Below, in pieces: positions 55,464 through 64,000 of a DNA stretch of 64,000 nucleotides. Position numbers and translations under genes: made by a program. The notes beneath the pieces were generated by a model that was not told the DNA's origin, made no database searches, and saw nothing but the letters and a program-made list of their open reading frames with translations. The DNA comes from Alphaproteobacteria bacterium (GTDB taxonomy: Bacteria; Pseudomonadota; Alphaproteobacteria; SP197), in the NCBI GenBank assembly GCA_964291415.2, contig OZ219918.1:1024001-1088000 (forward strand), written 5' to 3'. The number at the start of each line of letters is the position of its first letter. Position 1 is the first letter of the stretch.

Positions 55464-56628
55464 CATGGGTCACCGAGTTGTCAATCAATGCTCGGCCTGG
55501 AGCGATGTGGAAGCGATTGCGGGCGCGAACGCCCTGGACGCCCTGGATGGGCCGGTCGAGAAGGCGTCGGCACTGCCCAATGTCTGCTACACGAGCGCGG
55601 CGTGGCAGAAGCTCGAGTTCGAGCGCCTCTTCGCCCGAAGCTGGTTTGTCGCAGGCTTCCTCCATGATGTGCCGGAGCCTGGTGACGCCATGCCGGTCAA
55701 GGCTTTCGGGATGCCGTTGCTCGTGTTGCGCGACCTGGGTGGCGTGGTCCGCGTCTTCCATAACGTCTGCCGCTACCGGCGCACGGTTCTGGTGACCGGG
55801 AAGTGCTCGGGGCTCCGGGAATTCACGAGTCCCTGTCGCGGCTGGACCTACGATCTTGACGGTTCGCTGAGGCGCGGCCCGTCCCTTGATGGCGGCGGCC
55901 CTCACGACGACCCGCCCGGCCTCGTGCCGGTCCGTTCGGACGTGTGGCAGCACTGGATCTTCGTCAACCTCGATGGCAAGGCGCAGTCCCTGGAAGACTA
56001 TCTGGCACCGGCGGCAGACCTCGTCCGGGGCTACGATCTTGGGGCAGCGCGCCACGCAGGGACGGTGCATTTCGAGGTTGCGGCCAACTGGAAGCTGGCG
56101 CTGGAGAACTACATCGAGCCTTACCACGTCTTCGCGGCCCATCCGAGGCTGCATGACTTCGTTCCGATGTCGGAACGGATGCCGAGCCGAATCGACCGCC
56201 ACGTGATGTGGAACCGCTATCTCTTCAGGGCCTCGGAGCCTGGACGGGGCGAAGGGCTGCCCTACTTCCCGAACCTGTCACCCGAGGCCGCCCGCCAGGG
56301 CGTCTGGTTCATCCTCCCCACGGCCTTTGGCGTCGAGGTCTATCCGGATCACGTGGCGAGCTTTCATGTCGCGCCGGTCGCACCGGACCGATGCCGAGAG
56401 CGCATCGACGTCTACCTCGTCGGCGAGGCTGCCACCTCGACGGACTGGGCCGAGGGACGTCAGGCCGTGCTCGACATGTGGAACGAACTCAACCACGAGG
56501 ACATAAGCCTCATCGAGAGCATGCAGAGGGGCCGGATGTCGCCGACCTACGATGGCGGCAGCCTGTCGACCTACTGGGACGAAGCTCCCCTCCATCTCAG
56601 TCGCATGGTCGTTGAGGGCATGCGCTGA
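55464..56628 (+). CDS. Rieske-type oxygenase alpha subunit (choline monooxygenase-like) with non-canonical Rieske motif
   Basis: ANWKLALENYIEPYH....HP and ED...IE.MQ.G catalytic-domain motifs; Rieske region reads CRYR...SPCRGW; start uncertain (55402-55507). Confidence 0.8.
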
Positions 56629-56952
56629 GCCTCATCACTCCTTGCCGCCGCCAGGGGGTTCGGGTATCGAATGACGCTTGGGATCGACTCCGAAGACCCG
56701 GGACAGGGTTTTCGATGCGCCGCCAGCCTCGAAACCCTCTGCCGCCCGACGCGGACGGGTATCGGTCGCAATGATCGGGACGACGGGTATGATTGATGCC
56801 GCCCTGGTGGAGCAGGCTCAGTCTTGCGGGGCCAGCGGCACGGGGTGCGCATAGCCGGTCGAAACGGACGTCGCATTCGGGTGGCCGAGGCGTCCCCGTC
56901 ACCGGACGAACCCGATCGCAACGCGGTCATCCGGGCCCGACAAGGGGGGAAC

Positions 56953-58584
56953 ATGCGAGTCAGCAAACTGAGAACCAGTGTCATCACCCTGGCTGCTGTC
57001 GTTTTGTCAGGCAGCTTCACCCAGGTCTGGAGCGCCGAGTCCCACCCGGTCACGGGCGAAGAGTTGTCGGACGACCAGACCTTCACCTATCGCCTGCTCG
57101 ACCAGTTTCCGACCCTCGACCCGCAACTCAACCAGGACGTGTCGGGCTTTCACGTGATTCGCGATCTCTTCGAAGGTCTCCTGAGCCAGGATGCCGAAGG
57201 CAATCTCGTGCCCGGGGTGGCGACAGGGTTCACGGCGTCGGACAACAACACGACCTACACGTTCACCCTGCGCCCGAATGCCAGGTGGTCGAACGGCGAT
57301 CCGGTGACGGCCCATGACTTCGTCTATGCATGGAGACGGGCGGTTGATCCCGTCACCGCCTCTCCCTACGGCTGGTACCTTGAACTGACCCAGATCGTGA
57401 ACGCTGCGGATATCCTGGCTGGCGAGAAGGAACCGGCCGAACTTGGCGTGCGCGCCGTGGACGATCACACCCTTGAGGTGAGGCTGTTCGCGCCGCTGCC
57501 CTACTTTCCGGCCATGACGACCTATGCGACGCTGTTCCCGGCGCACCGCGCGACCATCGAGGCTCATGGCGCCAAGTGGACGGCGCCCGGGAACCTGGTC
57601 TCCAACGGTGCCTATGTTCTCAGCGAACTGGTGCTGAACGAGTACCACAGGCGCGTGAAGAACCCGCAGTACTGGGGTGCCGACGCCGTGATCATCGAGG
57701 AGGTGACAGGCCTCGTCATCAACGACGACAACCAGGCCCTGACCCGCTATCGCGCCGGTGAACTTGACCACCTCCAGCCCCTGCCCGCCGGACAGTATCC
57801 GGCGCTCAAGGAAGAAATGCCCGATGAGGCGACCAGTGTTCCGCGCCTGTGTTCCTACTACTACGCCATCAACCACTCACAGAGCGGCCATCCGGCGTTG
57901 CAGGACGTGCGCGTGCGCAGGGCGCTCAGCATGGCCATCGACCGCAACGTGATTGTCGAACGGCTCCTGAAGGGTGGCCAATGGCCGGCCTACAACTTCA
58001 CGCATCTCAAGACTGCGGGCTTCGAGATGCCCGAGATTGCCTATGCGTTGCTCGATCAGGCCGAGCGAGACGACGAGGCCAAGCGCCTCATGGCGGCTTC
58101 CGGCATCGAGGACCTGACGCTCAGGCTGATCTACAACACCTCCGAAAGCCACAAACAGATTGCCACTGTCATCAGCCAGATGTGGAAGCAGAAACTCGGC
58201 GTGACGACTGAACTGGCCAACTTCGAGTGGAAGACCTACCTCAACATCATGGACAATCAGGAGTTCGATCTGGCCCGTTCAGGCTGGTGCGGCGACTACA
58301 ACGAGGCATCGACCTTTCTCGACCTGCTCACCACGACCCACGGCGCAAATCGGGGCAAGTACTCGAATCCTGAAGTCGACGAACTCATGAATGCCTCGAA
58401 GACCGTCGCAGATCCGGGCGCGATCTACGCCAAGGTCGAACAGATCCTTGCCGAGGACATGGCCATCATTCCGATCTATCACTATGCCAACACGTTCCTG
58501 CTCTCCAGCGACATGCGGGGCTGGCCCTATGACAACGTCGAAAACAACTGGTACTCGAAGAACCTCTATCGTGTAGCGGACTGA
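56953..58584 (+). CDS. oppA: Oligopeptide ABC transporter substrate-binding protein
   Basis: Signal peptide, TLDP, LFEGL, WSNGDPVTAHDF, SNGAY, W.GDY; start at ATG 56953 after RBS. Confidence 0.9.
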   Translation: MRVSKLRTSVITLAAVVLSGSFTQVWSAESHPVTGEELSDDQTFTYRLLDQFPTLDPQLNQDVSGFHVIRDLFEGLLSQDAEGNLVPGVATGFTASDNNTTYTFTLRPNARWSNGDPVTAHDFVYAWRRAVDPVTASPYGWYLELTQIVNAADILAGEKEPAELGVRAVDDHTLEVRLFAPLPYFPAMTTYATLFPAHRATIEAHGAKWTAPGNLVSNGAYVLSELVLNEYHRRVKNPQYWGADAVIIEEVTGLVINDDNQALTRYRAGELDHLQPLPAGQYPALKEEMPDEATSVPRLCSYYYAINHSQSGHPALQDVRVRRALSMAIDRNVIVERLLKGGQWPAYNFTHLKTAGFEMPEIAYALLDQAERDDEAKRLMAASGIEDLTLRLIYNTSESHKQIATVISQMWKQKLGVTTELANFEWKTYLNIMDNQEFDLARSGWCGDYNEASTFLDLLTTTHGANRGKYSNPEVDELMNASKTVADPGAIYAKVEQILAEDMAIIPIYHYANTFLLSSDMRGWPYDNVENNWYSKNLYRVAD

Positions 58585-58612
58585 TCGAAGGCCCTAACGT
58601 CCGGATCGCCGG

Positions 58613-59536
58613 ATGATCTACTACATCGCCAGGCGTCTTGCGGTTGCCGTGCCGACGCTCCTCATTCTCATCATCGTCTCCTATGTCCTGATGTACACTG
58701 CGCCGGGTGGGCCGTTCGACACCGAGCGCACGCTGCCGCCCGAGGTCATGGCCAACCTCCAGCACAAGTACGGACTCGATCAGCCGCTCGTCGTGCAGAT
58801 CTGGCGGTATGTCGTCTCCATCGTCACGGAATTCGATTTCGGGCCGTCGTTCCAGTACACGGACCAGACCGTCAATGACATCATTCGCCAGGGATTCCCG
58901 GTGACGCTGACCTACGGGGCGTGGTCGTTCCTGGTGGCCGTCCTGGCGGGCGTCTCGTTGGGAATCGCGGCGGCCGTCTGTCACAACACCATTCTCGACT
59001 ACCTCTGCGTCGGAGTTTCCGTCGGCGCCCAGGTCCTGCCGAACTTCGTTCTCGCGCCGGTTCTGACCCTGCTCTTCACGCTGTGGCTGGCCTGGCTTCC
59101 CGGCGGAGGCTGGCAGGGAGGGCACTGGCCCTACGTCGTCATGCCGGTCATCGCACTCTCGACGTCGTTCATGGCCTCGATCGCCCGCATGACCCGATCA
59201 TCCATGCTGGAGGCGCTGAACGCCGACTTCATCCGCACGGCCCGGGCCAAGGGACTGCCGATGCGCCGCATCGTGATCCGTCATGCGCTCAAACCCACCA
59301 TGTTGCCGGTGATCTCCTATCTCGGGCCGACGTTTGTCGGCATGATCACCGGCTCCGTGGTGATCGATGTCTTCTTCGCGACCGGTGGAATCGGCCAGTT
59401 TTTCGTCAACTCGGCGCTGAACCGCGACTATCCGGTGATCATGGGGATCACCATCCTGGCAGGCGCCCTCACCATTGCCTTCAACCTCGTGGTCGACCTG
59501 CTCTACGCCTGGTTGGACCCCCGCATCCGGTACTGA
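58613..59536 (+). CDS. oppB: Oligopeptide ABC permease
   Basis: APGGPF, TARAKGL EAA-loop, NRDYP, LDPRIRY. Confidence 0.93.
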   Translation: MIYYIARRLAVAVPTLLILIIVSYVLMYTAPGGPFDTERTLPPEVMANLQHKYGLDQPLVVQIWRYVVSIVTEFDFGPSFQYTDQTVNDIIRQGFPVTLTYGAWSFLVAVLAGVSLGIAAAVCHNTILDYLCVGVSVGAQVLPNFVLAPVLTLLFTLWLAWLPGGGWQGGHWPYVVMPVIALSTSFMASIARMTRSSMLEALNADFIRTARAKGLPMRRIVIRHALKPTMLPVISYLGPTFVGMITGSVVIDVFFATGGIGQFFVNSALNRDYPVIMGITILAGALTIAFNLVVDLLYAWLDPRIRY

Positions 59537-59537
59537 C

Positions 59538-60473
59538 GTGTCGCCGTTTCTCTTCGGCCGCCGCACCATCCGGACCCTGGCCGCGACCGGCGCACCGGAT
59601 ACATCCGGCGGCCGCTCGCTCTGGCAGGACGCCCGTGGCCGCTTTGTCCGCAACCGTGCGGCCATGGCGAGTCTGGCGGTCCTGTGCGTCCTTGTCCTCT
59701 TTGTGCTCTTCGGCGATGTCCTCGCGGCCTGGTCCAACGAAGAGATCGACTGGGCCATGCTCGGCAACGTCGCGCAGCAGGGGGGACCCTCGTTTGCGAA
59801 CGGCCACTACTTCGGGGTGGACGAACTGGGCCGCGACCTCTATGCGCGCACGGTGCAGGGGACCGGGATATCGCTGATGGTCGGCGTCCTGGGAGCACTG
59901 GTCTCGATGGTGGTCGGCACCCTTTACGGAGCCATTGCGGGATATCTCGGCGGCGCGGTCGACAACGTGATGATGCGCATTGTCGATGTCCTGATGGCCA
60001 TTCCCTACATGTTCGTGCTGATCGTGTTCATGGTCGTGTTCGGCCGCTCGATCCTCATGCTGTTCGTCGGCATCGGCCTCATCAGCTGGCTCGACATGGC
60101 GCGAATCGCGCGGGGTCAGACGCTGTCCATCAAGAACCGGGACTTTGTCGAAGCCGCCGTCGCGATCGGCGTCAGACCGGGGAGGATCATCCTGCGCCAC
60201 ATCATCCCCAATCTTCTGGGCGTGGTCGTGGTCTATGCGACACTTCTCGTGCCGTCGATGATCATCTACGAGAGTTTCATCAGTTTTCTCGGTCTTGGCG
60301 TGCAGGAACCCGCTACCAGCCTGGGCGCGCTCATCAGCGACGGTGCGAGCCAGATGCAGTACGGCACGCTCTGGCAGCTCCTGTTTCCGCTCTCCTTCTT
60401 TGTCACCACGCTGTTCGCATTCTTCTTCGTGGGCGACGGGCTGCGCGATGCGCTCGATCCCAGGGATCGGTGA
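59538..60473 (+). CDS. oppC: Oligopeptide ABC permease
   Basis: SLWQDA..RF.RN.AA, G.D.LGRD, FVEAA.AIG, GDGLRDALDP. Confidence 0.92.
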   Translation: MSPFLFGRRTIRTLAATGAPDTSGGRSLWQDARGRFVRNRAAMASLAVLCVLVLFVLFGDVLAAWSNEEIDWAMLGNVAQQGGPSFANGHYFGVDELGRDLYARTVQGTGISLMVGVLGALVSMVVGTLYGAIAGYLGGAVDNVMMRIVDVLMAIPYMFVLIVFMVVFGRSILMLFVGIGLISWLDMARIARGQTLSIKNRDFVEAAVAIGVRPGRIILRHIIPNLLGVVVVYATLLVPSMIIYESFISFLGLGVQEPATSLGALISDGASQMQYGTLWQLLFPLSFFVTTLFAFFFVGDGLRDALDPRDR

Positions 60474-60476
60474 ACC

Positions 60477-61445
60477 ATGACCCTGCTTCAGGTTCGTGAT
60501 CTCAGCGTCTCCTTCCAGACAGGCGACGGCACGGTCGACGCCGTGAACGGAGTCGACCTCGCGGTCGCGGCCGGACAGGCGATTGCCGTGGTCGGCGAGA
60601 GCGGTTCGGGCAAGAGCCAGATCATGCTCGCCGTCATGGGTCTCCTGGCGCGGAACGGAACGGCGTCGGGCTCGATCAAGTTTGACGGCACCGAACTGCT
60701 CGGTCTCGACGAGCGTGCGTTCAACCGGATTCGCGCGCGCGAGCTCGCGATGATCTTTCAGGATCCGATGACGGCGCTCAATCCCTACATGAGAATCTCG
60801 CACCAGATGACCGAGGTGCTGACACTGCACAAGGGCATGAGTCATGGCGCGGCGCTCGGCGAAGCGGTCCGCCTGCTCGAAGCCATGGAAGTGCCCGAGG
60901 CCCGCACCCGCATCACCATGTATCCACACGAGTTCTCCGGTGGCATGCGCCAGCGGGTGCTGATCGCCATGTCGCTGCTCTGCCGTCCTCGCCTGCTGAT
61001 TGCGGACGAGCCCACCACGGCGCTCGATGCCACGGTCCGCGGCCAGATCATGCACCTTCTCGGGAACGTGAAGTCCATGTTCGACACGGCCGTCATTCTC
61101 GTCACTCACGATGCCGGCATCGTCGCCGGACACTGTGACGAGATGGTCGTGCTCTACGGTGGCCAGGTGATGGAAAGCGGTCCGGTGGCCGAGACCTTCG
61201 CCGCACCGCTTCACCCCTATACGCGCGGTCTGCTGGACGCCGTGCCGCGGCTCGACCGTGACGACGAAAGGTTGCGTGCCATTCCCGGGGATCCGCCGGG
61301 CATGCACCGAACTCCTGGCGGCTGTCCCTTTGCCGCGCGTTGTCCGCGGGCGGACGATCATTGTCATCATGTCAGGCCCCCGGACGTCAGTCATGTGCCG
61401 GGCCGGCGGGTGGCCTGCCACTGGCCCTTGCGCGGTGCGCGATGA
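60477..61445 (+). CDS. oppD: Oligopeptide ABC ATPase
   Basis: [28 protein letters not shown], Cys-rich C-terminus. Confidence 0.93.
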   Translation: MTLLQVRDLSVSFQTGDGTVDAVNGVDLAVAAGQAIAVVGESGSGKSQIMLAVMGLLARNGTASGSIKFDGTELLGLDERAFNRIRARELAMIFQDPMTALNPYMRISHQMTEVLTLHKGMSHGAALGEAVRLLEAMEVPEARTRITMYPHEFSGGMRQRVLIAMSLLCRPRLLIADEPTTALDATVRGQIMHLLGNVKSMFDTAVILVTHDAGIVAGHCDEMVVLYGGQVMESGPVAETFAAPLHPYTRGLLDAVPRLDRDDERLRAIPGDPPGMHRTPGGCPFAARCPRADDHCHHVRPPDVSHVPGRRVACHWPLRGAR

Positions 61446-62422
61446 ACGTGCCCCTTCTCTCGGTGCGGGATCTTTCGGTCACCTTTCGCGTGCGCCCCGG
61501 AGGAAGCCCCCCGTGGGCCCGGCCGAAGGAGCTACAGGCCGTGCGAGGCGTTGGTTTCGATCTTGCCCCGGCCGAGACGCTCGGTATCGTCGGCGAGAGC
61601 GGATCCGGCAAGTCCACCCTTGCCCGCTCCCTGATCGGGACGGTCCCCGCCACAGGGGGCAGGGCGCTCTGGCAAGGCAAGGACCTGCTGGCGCTGGATC
61701 CCGGGGAGCGCCGGCCCCTTCGTCGCGACATGCAGATGATCTTCCAGGACCCCTTGGGGGCGCTGGATCCCCGCATGACGGCTGGAGAGATCATCGCCGA
61801 ACCTCTCGTGACCCATGAAACAGACCTGTCGAGACTCGAGATCACGTCACGGGTGAAGGCGTTGCTCGAGCGGGTGGGCCTGCTGCCCGAGCACATCAAC
61901 CGCTACCCTCACGAGTTTTCCGGCGGCCAGTGCCAGCGCATCGGCATTGCGCGCGCCCTCATCGTTCAGCCGAAGCTCCTGATTTGCGACGAACCCGTCT
62001 CGGCGCTCGACGTCAGCGTGCAGGCCCAGATCGTCAACCTGCTTCGGGATCTGCAGCATGACCTCGGACTGTCGCTGATCTTCATCTCCCACGACCTCGC
62101 TGTGGTGAAGCACATCGCTGACCGGATCCTGGTGTTCTATCTCGGCCGGGTCATGGAGTATGGCGAGGCACGCGCCCTCGTTCACGATCCGCGCCATCCC
62201 TACACTCGGGCCCTGATCGCAGCGACGCCGGTCCCTGATCCCGCGGCCGAACGCGGACGCCCTTCGGCCGGCCTCGAGGGCGAGTTGCCGTCGCCCCTGT
62301 CGCCGCCATCGGGATGCGTGTTTCGCACCCGTTGTCCTCTTGCCCGTCAATCCTGCGCCGAGGCCGTCCCGGCGCTCGACGAACACGACGACGGTCGTTT
62401 CGTGGCCTGCCCCTTCGGCTGA
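61442..62422 (+). CDS. oppF: Oligopeptide ABC ATPase
   Basis: [39 protein letters not shown]. Confidence 0.93.
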   Translation: MNVPLLSVRDLSVTFRVRPGGSPPWARPKELQAVRGVGFDLAPAETLGIVGESGSGKSTLARSLIGTVPATGGRALWQGKDLLALDPGERRPLRRDMQMIFQDPLGALDPRMTAGEIIAEPLVTHETDLSRLEITSRVKALLERVGLLPEHINRYPHEFSGGQCQRIGIARALIVQPKLLICDEPVSALDVSVQAQIVNLLRDLQHDLGLSLIFISHDLAVVKHIADRILVFYLGRVMEYGEARALVHDPRHPYTRALIAATPVPDPAAERGRPSAGLEGELPSPLSPPSGCVFRTRCPLARQSCAEAVPALDEHDDGRFVACPFG

Positions 62423-62473
62423 GACGGAATCACGAGCGCAAGGCGCGACCTTGCACACGCGAGGCGCCAGACG

Positions 62474-63427
62474 TCAGGACTCCTCTCCCATCGCCCGCAG
62501 GAGACCCTTGACCACGGCCGTCGCGTTGTCGGCCGCCAGGCCCAGGAAGACCTCCAGCTGGTTCGCGCCTTCACCACCGCCGGCGAGATCCGAGAGGCTG
62601 CGCACGGCAATGAAGGGAATGTCGTTGGCATGAGCAACGTGGGCGACCGCAGCGCTCTCCATGTCCAGCACGCGTGCGCCGAAGGTCTGGAACGTCCAGG
62701 TGCGGAACGCGGCGTTGTCGACAAAGGCGCTGCCGGAAACTCCGGATCCGCCGATGACGATCCTGGGATTGTGCTCAAGGCACGAATCTGCCGCCGTGCA
62801 CCGGCTGAGTGCCACCCTGTCCGCCATGGAACGGGCCGCGGCAAGCAAACGGTCGTCCACCGCGAACCAGAAACGTGTTTCGGGATGCTCCATCCCGGAG
62901 CGGAGCACGGTGACCGAACGCGGGAACATCATGCCGAAGTGTCCGTACGGGTACTCGAAGAACGGCATCGTTGCCCAGCCGTCGTCCGTTTCACGCGCGA
63001 ACACCATCTCCAGATACTGACCCCAGCGATCCGTGATCACGACATCGCCGATGTTGAGGCCCGGATCCACGCCGCCGGCAATACCGGAGAACACCACATC
63101 CCGGATGGCGAAATGGTCAAACGCCAACTGCGTCGTCATCGCCGCGTTGACGACACTGATTCCGCTCAGGAAGAGCACGACTTCGTGCCCTTCCAGGGTG
63201 CCCGTGCTGAAGACGACACCGTTCACCGAGAACTCCGATGCGTCTTCCAGGTCGCGCTTCAGAATCGCCAGTTCCGGCGCGAAAGCCGAGATGATGGCGA
63301 TGCGCGGCGTGTCGTCCCCAATCGCGTGCGCGTCGGCCGGCCGTGGCTGAGCAACCGTGAGAAGCAGCAGGACGCCAAGACCGGCGATCAGGGTTCGGCC
63401 GGGAATGAAACGGCGTGTTGACATCAT
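62474..63427 (-). CDS. Exported 5'-methylthioadenosine/SAH nucleosidase family protein
   Basis: Signal peptide ending ADA/AHA, SAF.PE, SGIAGG, DMESAAVAHV, RSLSDLAGG. Confidence 0.85.
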   Translation of the reverse strand: MMSTRRFIPGRTLIAGLGVLLLLTVAQPRPADAHAIGDDTPRIAIISAFAPELAILKRDLEDASEFSVNGVVFSTGTLEGHEVVLFLSGISVVNAAMTTQLAFDHFAIRDVVFSGIAGGVDPGLNIGDVVITDRWGQYLEMVFARETDDGWATMPFFEYPYGHFGMMFPRSVTVLRSGMEHPETRFWFAVDDRLLAAARSMADRVALSRCTAADSCLEHNPRIVIGGSGVSGSAFVDNAAFRTWTFQTFGARVLDMESAAVAHVAHANDIPFIAVRSLSDLAGGGEGANQLEVFLGLAADNATAVVKGLLRAMGEES

Positions 63428-63569
63428 TGCGTGTGTCCCCTGGCAGGAAAGTGGTCCGGGCCCAAAAAGGTGTTGTGACGCCGTCCGAGTCGGGTCTGTC
63501 CGCAATCTCACATGGATCGGCATGTTCGCTCCAGGGGGGCAGCCCGACGTCATCGGGAATGTGGACCGG

Positions 63570-64000
63570 CTACTTCGCGGGAATCGAGAAAACGATGATG
63601 TACGTGAGGACCAGCGCGAGCATGATGAAGAGACATGTGTCGACAAGCTTCAGCCTCGAACGTCTTGGAGAATCCCTGCAACAGTAGGTGAGGGCGAGCA
63701 GTGTCTGCAGGAGGTAGTATGCCGCAAAGGCCCTGGATGCGAGGGCGACGATCTCGAGCAGGTCGACCGCCCAGACGAGAAAGACTGCGGCGACCGCGAT
63801 CGAGACATAGCCCACCCTGGCCGAGAGATGACCGAGACTGTTCTCGCGCAACAGGCCGCCTCCGCCTCCCATGTCGGCCACCGCCGCACTGAACTGACTC
63901 GTCAGTGCGGCGATCATCAGCATGACTGGCAGGATCAGGGCCACCGGCGCCACAGCGTCGACGATCTGCGCGAGCCGGATGTGGACCAGGTCCATGCCCT
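63570..64000 (-). CDS. Multi-pass membrane protein (permease-like), 5'-partial
   Basis: Several TM segments, SQFSAAVAD and ASRAFAAYY motifs; runs off the window end. Confidence 0.65.
   Translation of the reverse strand, partial: GMDLVHIRLAQIVDAVAPVALILPVMLMIAALTSQFSAAVADMGGGGGLLRENSLGHLSARVGYVSIAVAAVFLVWAVDLLEIVALASRAFAAYYLLQTLLALTYCCRDSPRRSRLKLVDTCLFIMLALVLTYIIVFSIPAK

Overview
High-GC alphaproteobacterial chromosome segment (Rhodospirillales-like by gene order and rRNA; the exact lineage cannot be fixed by eye). The left part (1-30.2 kb) is core housekeeping: rodZ-ispG-hisS-hemA-like-prfA-prmC-DUF4167, clpB, ndk, purM/purN, hda, ispH-thrB-rnhA-hpnC, purA, rpoH, rluD and an unusually repeat-expanded M23 peptidase. 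A complete rRNA operon follows (16S, tRNA-Ile, tRNA-Ala, 23S, 5S, tRNA-fMet). Right of tRNA-fMet is a ~21 kb mosaic accessory region of small-molecule catabolic genes mixed with gene debris (Calx-beta, IS66, HAD and PIN fragments). The window ends with an Opp ABC transporter, an exported nucleosidase and a partial permease. Five observations stand out: (1) a LysR-controlled operon of MocD-like oxygenase, divergent PanB-like enzyme, DddP-like M24 protein and MocE ferredoxin, of unknown substrate; (2) a 1.9 kb cargo segment bracketed by a duplicated 3' end of that ferredoxin gene; (3) a Rieske oxygenase lacking three of four canonical [2Fe-2S] ligands but keeping its mononuclear iron site; (4) an intact but catalytically degenerate glutamyl-tRNA reductase; (5) a mycobacterial PptH-like hydrolase. 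All family calls come from motif recognition by eye; no database searches were run.
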